Position numbers and translations under genes: made by a program. Shown here one piece after another: positions 7,876 through 15,425 of a stretch of DNA of 15,528 nucleotides (the stretch's first letter is position 1; each line of letters opens with the position of its first letter). This stretch comes from a candidate division WOR-3 bacterium (GTDB lineage Bacteria; Hydrothermota; Hydrothermia; LBFQ01), in NCBI GenBank assembly GCA_027050205.1, contig JALUCS010000047.1, positions 1 through 15,528 of the forward strand, given 5' to 3'. The notes beneath the pieces are model-generated. The model did no database searches. It was given only the letters and a program-made list of their open reading frames with translations, and was not told where the DNA came from.

Positions 7876-8843
7876 GGTACGAGGACGCCGGCGTATCCCT
7901 TGAGAGGGCGAACGCCCTCGTTGAGTGGTTGAAGGGGAAGTTGAAGGGCGGGGTTGGTGGCTTCGCCGCAAAGGTGAAGGTGGGGAGGGAGACCCTCCTC
8001 CTATCAACGGACGGGGTCGGCACCAAGATACTCCTCGCCCTTGACTACTACCGGAGGACGGGGAAGACGGAAGTTCTTAGGTGGATAGGGCAGGACCTGG
8101 TCGCCATGGTGGCTAACGATATACTGGCGGACGGAGGTCGGACCCTGTACCTTCTGGACTACTACGCTACCCCTCGGTTGGAAGGGGACATAGCCAGGGC
8201 CGTACTGGAGGGGGTTATGGGGGCCTGCAGGAGGATAGGGGCCAAACTGGTGGGCGGGGAGACGGCGGAGCTTCCGGGGATGCTGACCGGGGGGACGTTT
8301 GACGTAGCCGCCTTCGGTGTCGGGGTACCCTTACTCCGTCGCAGGAGGAAGGTAAAGGCGGGAGACGTCTTAGTGGCCTTCCCATCCTCCGGCTTTCACT
8401 CCAACGGCTTCTCCCTCGTTAGGAAGGTCGTAGCAGACGGGGGCTTACACATCCTCAAGGTGTATCCAGAGGTGGGTAGGAGACCCCTCGGTGAGATTCT
8501 CCTCCGCCCTACCCGGCTCTACTACCGCATAGGTAGGGAGATGTTCCTGAAGTACGGGGCCAGGAGGGGCGCCCACATAACCGGTGGGGGACTGCCGGAG
8601 AACCTGCCCCGCGCCCTTGACGGCTACGGGTTCCGGATAGACCCGGAGAGGCTCCCGGTCCCCAAGGTGATGCGTTTCATCATCAAGGTGGGGGATATAC
8701 CGGAGGAGGAAGCTTTGAGGACGTTCAACATGGGTGTGGGTTTCGTCTTCGTGGTACCCCGGCGGAGGGTGCCGGCCGTCCTGCAGAGGTTCAGGGAGGC
8801 CTTCGTCCTCGGAGAGGTCGTAGATGGGAGAGTCCTCCCTTAA
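7872..8843 (+). CDS. purM: Phosphoribosylformylglycinamidine cyclo-ligase (AIR synthetase)
   Basis: YEDAGV, GGFAA, STDGVGTK, GQDLVAMVAND, LDYYA, GGETAELPG, SSGFHSNGFSLVRK, AHITGGGLPENLPR and RTFNMGVG. Confidence 0.96.
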   Translation: MRYEDAGVSLERANALVEWLKGKLKGGVGGFAAKVKVGRETLLLSTDGVGTKILLALDYYRRTGKTEVLRWIGQDLVAMVANDILADGGRTLYLLDYYATPRLEGDIARAVLEGVMGACRRIGAKLVGGETAELPGMLTGGTFDVAAFGVGVPLLRRRRKVKAGDVLVAFPSSGFHSNGFSLVRKVVADGGLHILKVYPEVGRRPLGEILLRPTRLYYRIGREMFLKYGARRGAHITGGGLPENLPRALDGYGFRIDPERLPVPKVMRFIIKVGDIPEEEALRTFNMGVGFVFVVPRRRVPAVLQRFREAFVLGEVVDGRVLP

Positions 8844-8855
8844 AATATTGGCACT

Positions 8856-9914
8856 ATGAGGAAAATTGGGGGTTTAATTTCGGTTTTGACACCGGCCCTA
8901 CTCTTAGGTCAGACGGTGGTGGAATACAAGGCTCCACAGAAGCCGGAGTACTACAGACCCTACAAGCTCTTCATAGGACCGACGGCCGACGTCCTTCCGG
9001 GTGGGACCTTCTGGCTGTACGGCGGGGCCTTCTTCATGAACTGGTCGGAGTACGGAATAGGGCAGGGAGTTTTCAACGTGGGAATAGCAGATCTGGTGGA
9101 GGTGAAGGTCTCCATAGGTAGGCTCCTCTCCAATCTCTCCACCGGTGGTGCGAACGAGTTTGCGACGGCGATGCGGGTAAAGGTGGTGGATACCCGCCTC
9201 TTCAAAACCGGCGTTGAGCTTCGCCTCGCCCCGGTGATAGGGCAGATAGAGATAGACACCCTCGTTGTAGAGGATACCGTCAACGACAGGTACGACTACT
9301 ACACCTTCACGCGGGACTTCAGGAGCAGGTCCGCAACCCTCTTCGTCCCCGCCACCTTCTACATCGGCAACTTCACCCTCGCCTTCGGCGGATCCATAAC
9401 CCAGTACGGCACCACCATAAAGATCTCCGGCGCCCTCCCCGACACGGCCAACAACTGCAGCGAGCATCCCAACTACAACTGCGACCTCCTCAAGAAGTAC
9501 TACAAGAGTCCGGCCTTCAGGGCCTCCGTGGAGGAGGAGAGAAGTACCTTCTACGGTGGGTACGGGGGGATCTCCTACCGCTGGAAGGGCAACACGGAGC
9601 TGATCGGCGAGGTCCATATGCTTCCGAGGGTACTGTACCGCACCCGCCTGAAGAACACCAGCGACACCCTCCCCGCCTACAAGAAGTGGGCTTTAGAGAA
9701 CCGCTACACCGAGAACTCCTTCTCTCCCGTCGTCCTCACCTTCGCTGGTATGAGGTACTCTATGAACAGGTACCTCTCCGTGGATGCGGGTATAGTCCTG
9801 CCCTACGACCCCACCCTGGGGAGCCAGCCCATAGACCTACTGAACGCCATGATCCACGCCAACCTGAACCTCATATTCAGCCTTAGCGACGTAGGTAGGT
9901 GGCTCTCCTTATGA
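8856..9914 (+). CDS. Secreted/outer-membrane beta-barrel-like hypothetical protein (possibly YjbH-like)
   Basis: Signal-peptide-like N-terminus (MRKIGGLISVLTPALLLG), PTADVL motif near the N-terminus, and amphipathic aromatic strands (YGGYGGISYRW, FAGMRYSM, LSVDAGI). Confidence 0.65.
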   Translation: MRKIGGLISVLTPALLLGQTVVEYKAPQKPEYYRPYKLFIGPTADVLPGGTFWLYGGAFFMNWSEYGIGQGVFNVGIADLVEVKVSIGRLLSNLSTGGANEFATAMRVKVVDTRLFKTGVELRLAPVIGQIEIDTLVVEDTVNDRYDYYTFTRDFRSRSATLFVPATFYIGNFTLAFGGSITQYGTTIKISGALPDTANNCSEHPNYNCDLLKKYYKSPAFRASVEEERSTFYGGYGGISYRWKGNTELIGEVHMLPRVLYRTRLKNTSDTLPAYKKWALENRYTENSFSPVVLTFAGMRYSMNRYLSVDAGIVLPYDPTLGSQPIDLLNAMIHANLNLIFSLSDVGRWLSL

Positions 9915-9924
9915 GGAGGCCGGT

Positions 9925-10815
9925 ATGTTAGTCGCACTGCTGTCCTCGGAGGTGGTATCCCTCGGCTTTGATACGCCGGAGAACGTCAAGAGGTACGAGG
10001 AGGTGGTGGATAGTCTGACGGCCAGTATGGCGTGGGGGGTAGTCATCGTGGGGGAGGGGGATACGGTCCTCTTGGGGGACTTCCTCCTCGGTACGGCCCC
10101 CCTGACCTTCCAGCCGGACACCTTCCCCGTCCTCATAACCGTCAAGGGGAGAGGGGGTAGCCGCGTCTTCTCCATAGACGCCGATACGGAGACCGTGGTC
10201 GTCATATACGCCACTCCCCCGTCGGAGGAGAAAGCCGAGGAGGTGAAACTCCCACCCTACGAGGAGGTGAGGGACGGGTACGCCTTCAACCTGTACGGCA
10301 AACGGGTGATAGTGGTAAAGAGCATGAGGAGGGGATGGAACCGGATAGAGACCTTCACGGACACGGCGACCCTCAAGTACTACTGGCCTCGGATAGACAG
10401 CCTGGTGAAGCTCGTAGAGGGCAAGGGGATGGTCTTCATCGGGGCAATGAGCCTCAAGATAGACGGCGTTAAGTACCCTCCGTTGACCGAGGTCGTTAAG
10501 GGTGTCCCCGGAGGGATACACAAGGTCCAGGCCAGGGGGGTGATAGGTAAGGTGAGGGCCTACGTATCCCTGGACAGCGCAGACGTGGTGGTCTTCGTTC
10601 TGGAACCTTCTCCCCCACACTTCTCCCTCTACGCCTCCCGTATGAACCCCCTCCAACAGGAGTCTCCGTACTCGTACGGCTACATAGGGGCTGCGGTGGG
10701 TGGAGGTGTGGGATGTTGCGTCGGCATCTCCGCCAACGCCCCGTTCGTCGGGTGTTTGGTTGGCAGCGTAGTGGGTTGGGTGTTGGGAACCCTACTCGGC
10801 TCCTCGTGTATGTAG
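9925..10815 (+). CDS. Hypothetical membrane-anchored protein with two PEGA-like segments and a C-terminal Gly-zipper
   Basis: GAGGAGG SD at 9913-9919. PEGA-like segments GDTVLLGDFLLGTAPL and LKIDGVKYPP...GVPGGIHKVQARG. C-terminal hydrophobic GxxxG-rich helices. Confidence 0.65.
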   Translation: MLVALLSSEVVSLGFDTPENVKRYEEVVDSLTASMAWGVVIVGEGDTVLLGDFLLGTAPLTFQPDTFPVLITVKGRGGSRVFSIDADTETVVVIYATPPSEEKAEEVKLPPYEEVRDGYAFNLYGKRVIVVKSMRRGWNRIETFTDTATLKYYWPRIDSLVKLVEGKGMVFIGAMSLKIDGVKYPPLTEVVKGVPGGIHKVQARGVIGKVRAYVSLDSADVVVFVLEPSPPHFSLYASRMNPLQQESPYSYGYIGAAVGGGVGCCVGISANAPFVGCLVGSVVGWVLGTLLGSSCM

Positions 10816-10838
10816 CGACCTTACAATCGCCGTCTTAG

Positions 10839-11597
10839 ATGCCCAAAGTTAAGATAGCCGTAAGGGATCTGAAGTTTTACTACGGCAGCAAGAGGGTCCT
10901 TCACGGCATCACGATGGACATATACGAGAAGAAGGTCACCGCCATAATCGGACCCTCCGGGTGCGGAAAGACCACCTTCGTACGGGTCCTGAACCGCATA
11001 TACGAGACCATAGAGGGGGCGAGGGCGGAGGGGGAGGTCCTCCTTGACGGCGAGAACATCCTAAGTAAGGACTACGACGTCATAGCCCTCCGCAGTAAGG
11101 TGGGGATGGTCTTCCAGAAGCCCAACCCCTTCCCCAAGTCCATTTACGAGAACGTTGCCTTCGGCCTCAAGATCAGGGGGATAAAGAAGAAGTCCATCTT
11201 AGACGAGAAGGTGGAGGACGCCCTGCGGAAGGCCGCCCTCTGGGACGAGGTGAAGGACAGGCTCCACGACCACGCCTACTCCCTCTCCGGGGGACAGCAG
11301 CAGCGACTCTGTATAGCACGGGCCTTGGCCGTTGAGCCGGAGGTCCTACTCTTTGACGAGCCTACGAGTGCCATAGACCCGGTGGGGACGGCCCGCATAG
11401 AGGCCCTGATGAAGGAGCTCTCCAAGAGCATAACCGTCGTCTTGGTCACCCACAGTATGCACCAGGCCGCCCGCATATCCGACTACACGGCCTTCTTCCA
11501 CAGCGGCAACCTCATAGAGTTCGCTCCCACGGCCGAACTCTTCACACGTCCAAAGAACAAGCTGACGGAGGATTACATCACCGGAAGGTTCGGTTGA
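10839..11597 (+). CDS. pstB: Phosphate ABC transporter ATP-binding protein
   Basis: Walker [65 protein letters not shown] and C-terminal [10 protein letters not shown]. Confidence 0.96.
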   Translation: MPKVKIAVRDLKFYYGSKRVLHGITMDIYEKKVTAIIGPSGCGKTTFVRVLNRIYETIEGARAEGEVLLDGENILSKDYDVIALRSKVGMVFQKPNPFPKSIYENVAFGLKIRGIKKKSILDEKVEDALRKAALWDEVKDRLHDHAYSLSGGQQQRLCIARALAVEPEVLLFDEPTSAIDPVGTARIEALMKELSKSITVVLVTHSMHQAARISDYTAFFHSGNLIEFAPTAELFTRPKNKLTEDYITGRFG

Positions 11598-12724
11598 TGC
11601 GGGTCCTCCTCTTCGGGTACTTCACCAAGGAGATGGGGGGGAAGGGGACGGGGGGTGTAGCCACCTACATCCGAGACCTGGCCTTGGGCCTCAAGGATGC
11701 GGGCCACGAGGTGGCCGTATGGGGGGAGAACGCCCGGTTCTGGAGGAGAAAGTGGAAAGGGATAACCCTCTACGGCGCCCCGAACAAGTACCTCCTACCC
11801 CTATACTGGCTCCGCAATCCGACTCTACGCATAGATAGGGAGTGGTTCTGGAAGACTGGGGGGGATAGTGTCCTAAGAGATTTCAAACCCTATGTGGTAC
11901 ATTCCCATTCTCCCCATCACGTTATGACCCCACATCTGAAGAGCGACGAGGTCCCCCTCGTCATAACCTTCCCGTCTATCCACTTCTACAAGTTCGCACC
12001 GAACGAGAGGCTCAAAAGGAGGGCCTACGAGACCTACAGGGCTTCAATAGATAGGGCCGATTACGTACTCTTCTTGAGCGATAAGATTAGGGAAGAGGTT
12101 CAAACCCTGTTCCATATCCCAAAACCCACGAAGGTCATATACCCGCTTATAGATACCTCCCGGTTTCATCCGATGCCGAGGGAGGAGGCGCGGGAGGCTC
12201 TGGGTCTCCCTAAGGGGGAGGTGTTGGTGGGATTTGCGGGACTCCTCACCGGAAGGAAGGGGGAGGACCTACTGATTGAGGCCTCCCGTGGGAAGGAATG
12301 GGTGGTGGTTTTTGCGGGTGGGGGGCCGGGTATAGATAAGGCCAAGGAGATGTGCGAAGAGGTGGGGTGCAGGGCCGTATTCCTTGGTGATCTTGATAGC
12401 GAAGGGATGCTCCGCTTCTACAACGCTATAGACGTATTCGTCCTGCCCTCCCGTAGCGAGACCTTCGGTATAGTGGTGATAGAGGCCATGGCTTGCGGTA
12501 GGACGGTCGTCGTATCCCGCGAGGTGCCGGAGGAGGCCGCCCCGGAGGGCCTATCTTACAGGGTAGGTCTAACGCCGGAGGAGGTCAGGGAGGGCGTGGA
12601 GAAAGCCCTTTCATCTCCATTCCCACCTGATAGGCTCATCGCTTATGCGAAGCGGTTCTCCGACCCCCATCGCTTCGTTGGTGAGCATCTGAAGGTGTAT
12701 TCGGAGGTCCTGCGTAGAAGGTAA
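11597..12724 (+). CDS. Glycosyltransferase family 4 (GT-B fold)
   Basis: N-terminal GGVATY..DLA..L...GHEV, RKG, and FVLPSRSETFGIVVIEAMACG (Ex7E motif). ATG 11597 overlaps the pstB stop (TGATG); alternative TTG start at 11594. Confidence 0.92.
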   Translation: MRVLLFGYFTKEMGGKGTGGVATYIRDLALGLKDAGHEVAVWGENARFWRRKWKGITLYGAPNKYLLPLYWLRNPTLRIDREWFWKTGGDSVLRDFKPYVVHSHSPHHVMTPHLKSDEVPLVITFPSIHFYKFAPNERLKRRAYETYRASIDRADYVLFLSDKIREEVQTLFHIPKPTKVIYPLIDTSRFHPMPREEAREALGLPKGEVLVGFAGLLTGRKGEDLLIEASRGKEWVVVFAGGGPGIDKAKEMCEEVGCRAVFLGDLDSEGMLRFYNAIDVFVLPSRSETFGIVVIEAMACGRTVVVSREVPEEAAPEGLSYRVGLTPEEVREGVEKALSSPFPPDRLIAYAKRFSDPHRFVGEHLKVYSEVLRRR

Positions 12725-12748
12725 ATCGGCCTTAAAATAAGGGGTGGT

Positions 12749-13360
12749 ATGGGGGTAGCCGTAGCCGAAAAGTCCGGAGCCGTTGAAAATAGAGATGAGG
12801 AGGGACGAAGGGAGAAGCTCTTGAGACTCCTGACCTACGAGGTGGTTGATGGAAAGCCCATCTATTACCGTGGCTATAGAGACGTCCTTGAGGGGAAAAA
12901 ACAACCGGAGGAGGTCATGGGAGCGAGCTTTCTGCACGGCAGGCTGGTGATACTTCTGGGAGCCTTTCTAAGGGAGAAACTGAAGGGGAGGTACGTCGTT
13001 TCGGGTGGGGAGTTAGGCTATCTGATAGAGGGAGGATGGAGGAACTTGGACATCGCTGTCTTCAGGTACGAGGACGTAAAGGACAAGTTAAGGAGCAGGA
13101 GGTACATAGACATACCGCCCGTGTTGGTAGTTGAGGTTGATACGCACGGCGATGTTGAGAACGAGATGGCCTACATAAGCGGGAAGGTTGAGGATCTGTT
13201 GAGGAGTGGGGTTGAGAAGGTGGTTTGGATATTCACGGATTCGGAGAAGGTTCTGATAGCGGAGAGGGGTAAGGATTGGGTGATAGTCGGATGGGACAGG
13301 GATATAGACCTGTCAGAGGGTCTGAAGTTGAACTTGGAAGACCTTTTGAAGCAGCCATAG
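12749..13360 (+). CDS. Uma2 family (DUF820) putative endonuclease, copy 1
   Basis: YEVVDG...MG.S..H, LDIAVF, PPVLVVEVD, K..DLL..GVEKVVWI pattern of Uma2/PD-(D/E)XK-fold proteins. Confidence 0.85.
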   Translation: MGVAVAEKSGAVENRDEEGRREKLLRLLTYEVVDGKPIYYRGYRDVLEGKKQPEEVMGASFLHGRLVILLGAFLREKLKGRYVVSGGELGYLIEGGWRNLDIAVFRYEDVKDKLRSRRYIDIPPVLVVEVDTHGDVENEMAYISGKVEDLLRSGVEKVVWIFTDSEKVLIAERGKDWVIVGWDRDIDLSEGLKLNLEDLLKQP

Positions 13361-13553
13361 AATGGGGGTTGGTATGGGTGTAGCGTTAGCAGAGAAGCCG
13401 GAGGTCGCCAAGGAGAAGGGAAGGGACGAGCGAAAGGAAAAACTCCTGAAGCTCCTGACCTACGAGGTGGTTGATGGGAAGCCTATCTACTACCGCGGCT
13501 ATAAGGACATCCTTGAAGGCAAAAAACAACCGGAGGAGGTTATGGGAAGCAGT
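13061..13553 (+). repeat. 493-bp direct repeat, copy A (3' half of Uma2 copy 1, junction, 5' part of copy 2)
   Basis: Matches 14933-15425 (offset 1872) with 7 mismatches counted by eye and no indels. Confidence 0.9.
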
Positions 13554-13985
13554 ACCCTACAGGCCTTCATAGTAAAGCGTCTCCTGATCTTCCTCGTCCA
13601 AGCCCTTGAAGGGAAAGGCTACGAGGTACTCCCCCACGAGGTCGGATTGGTCGGTAAAGGTTTCGTAAGGGCTTTGGACATAGGCATATTCAAGGGTGAT
13701 GCTGTGGAAATAACCGACACCTACACCGACGTACCCCCCGTTGTGGCGATAGAGGTAGATACGAAGGCAGATTTGGAGGGGGAGGGTTTTATGGAGTATA
13801 TGAAGCGAAAGATAGAGGACCTGTTGGGGTTTGGGGTTAAGAGGGTGATATGGATATTGACGAAGGGGAAGGTAGTGGTGATAGCAGAGGATCCGAAGAG
13901 GTGGGAGGTGCTTGACTGGAAGGACGAGGTTGAGATATGGGAAGGGGTTAGGTTGAGGCTATCAGACCTTCTAAAACGGCCATAG
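13374..13985 (+). CDS. Uma2 family putative endonuclease, copy 2 (most divergent)
   Basis: Same N-terminal block, then LDIGIF, PPVVAIEVDTKAD and KIEDLLGFGVKRVIWI. Start chosen by homology to copy 1; an in-frame ATG also exists at 13362. Confidence 0.85.
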   Translation: MGVALAEKPEVAKEKGRDERKEKLLKLLTYEVVDGKPIYYRGYKDILEGKKQPEEVMGSSTLQAFIVKRLLIFLVQALEGKGYEVLPHEVGLVGKGFVRALDIGIFKGDAVEITDTYTDVPPVVAIEVDTKADLEGEGFMEYMKRKIEDLLGFGVKRVIWILTKGKVVVIAEDPKRWEVLDWKDEVEIWEGVRLRLSDLLKRP

Positions 13986-13998
13986 AATGGGGGTTGGT

Positions 13999-14607
13999 AT
14001 GGGTGTAGCGTTAGCAGAGAAGCCGGAGGTTGCCAAGGAAAAAAGGGACGGGCGAAAGGAAAAACTCCTGAAGCTCCTAACTTACGAGGTGGTTGATGGG
14101 AAGCCCATCTACTACCGAGGCTATAAGGACGTACTTGAGGGTAAAAAACAACCGGAGGAAGTCATGGGAAGCAGCGCCTATCACGGCAGTCTCGTTGCTA
14201 TGCTTAGCTACTGGTTGATCAAAAATCTCGGTGGAAAGTACGCTGTTATGTCGGGGGAGTTGGGCTATCTGATAGAGGGAGGATGGAGGAACTTGGACGT
14301 AGCCGTCTTCAGGTACGAGGACGTAAAGGACAAGCTTGAAAGCGAGAACTACATAGACGTACCGCCCGTGCTGGTGGTTGAGATAAACGTCAGGGCAGAG
14401 GTTGAGAGTGAGATGGAGTACGTCCTAAAGAAGAGCGAAGACCTTCTCAATAGTGGAGTTGAGAGGGTGGTATGGATATTCACGAGGCCGAGGAAGGTTA
14501 TGGTGTTTGAGAGGGGCAAGGGTGGAGTCATTCTTGACTGGGAGGACGAGATTCCGCTCGTTGAGGGGCTTAGGTTGAAGCTACCGGACCTCTTAAAACG
14601 GCCATAG
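13999..14607 (+). CDS. Uma2 family putative endonuclease, copy 3
   Basis: LDVAVF, PPVLVVEIN and KSEDLLNSGVERVVWI. Alternative ATG at 13987. Confidence 0.85.
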   Translation: MGVALAEKPEVAKEKRDGRKEKLLKLLTYEVVDGKPIYYRGYKDVLEGKKQPEEVMGSSAYHGSLVAMLSYWLIKNLGGKYAVMSGELGYLIEGGWRNLDVAVFRYEDVKDKLESENYIDVPPVLVVEINVRAEVESEMEYVLKKSEDLLNSGVERVVWIFTRPRKVMVFERGKGGVILDWEDEIPLVEGLRLKLPDLLKRP

Positions 14608-14620
14608 AATGGAGGTTGGT

Positions 14621-15232
14621 ATGGGCGTAGCGTTAGCAGAGAAGCCAGAGGTTGCCAAGGAGAAAGGGAAGGATGAGCGCAGGGAAAGGCTCTTGAGACT
14701 TCTAACCTACGAGGTCGTTGATGGGAAGCCTATCTACTACCGAGGCTATAAAGACGTACTTGAGGGTAAAAAACAACCGGAGGAGGTTATGGGAGCGAGT
14801 TTCCTTCATGCGAGATTGGTCGCCAAGATAACATCCTGGTTGGATAGGATGTTGGGAGATAGATATGTGGTTTCCAGTGGAGAGTTAGGCTACTTTGTGG
14901 AAAAGGGTTGGAGGAGTTTGGACGTGGCCCTATTCAGGTACGAGGACGTAAAGGACAAGTTAAGGAGCAGGAGGTACATAGACATACCGCCCGTGTTGGT
15001 AGTTGAGGTTGATACGCACGGCGATGTTGAGAACGAGATGGCCTACATAAGCGGGAAGGTTGAGGATCTGTTGAGGAGTGGGGTTGAGAAGGTGGTTTGG
15101 ATATTCACGGATTCGGAGAAGGTTCTGATAGCGGAGAGGGGTAGGGATTGGGTGATAGTCGGATGGGACAGGGATATAGACCTGTTAGAGGGTCTGAAGT
15201 TGAACTTGGAAGACCTTTTGAAGCAGCCATAG
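14621..15232 (+). CDS. Uma2 family putative endonuclease, copy 4
   Basis: LDVALF and PPVLVVEVD; C-terminal half nearly identical to copy 1. Alternative ATG at 14609. Confidence 0.85.
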   Translation: MGVALAEKPEVAKEKGKDERRERLLRLLTYEVVDGKPIYYRGYKDVLEGKKQPEEVMGASFLHARLVAKITSWLDRMLGDRYVVSSGELGYFVEKGWRSLDVALFRYEDVKDKLRSRRYIDIPPVLVVEVDTHGDVENEMAYISGKVEDLLRSGVEKVVWIFTDSEKVLIAERGRDWVIVGWDRDIDLLEGLKLNLEDLLKQP

Positions 15233-15425
15233 AATGGGGGTTGGTATGGGTGTAGCGTTAGTGGAGAAGCCGGAGGTCGCCAAGGAGAAGGGAAGGGACG
15301 AGCGAAAGGAAAAACTCCTGAAGCTCCTGACCTACGAGGTGGTTGATGGGAAGCCTATCTACTACCGAGGCTATAAGGATGTCCTTGAAGGCAAAAAACA
15401 ACCGGAGGAGGTTATGGGAAGCAGT
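14933..15425 (+). repeat. 493-bp direct repeat, copy B (3' half of Uma2 copy 4, junction, 5' part of copy 5)
   Basis: Matches 13061-13553 at about 98.6% identity. Confidence 0.9.

Noticed and set aside
11635..11864. G7 tracts in the GT4 gene (also near 922 and 1473) and A6 in each Uma2 copy as phase-variation sites
   Set aside because: The tracts are short, in frame, and expected in G-rich Gly codons and Lys-Lys codons.
2809..12937. Long antisense and alternate-frame ORFs (e.g. 3444-4133, 8904-9617, 9928-10656)
   Set aside because: Shadows of well-supported + strand genes, expected from high-GC third-position bias.
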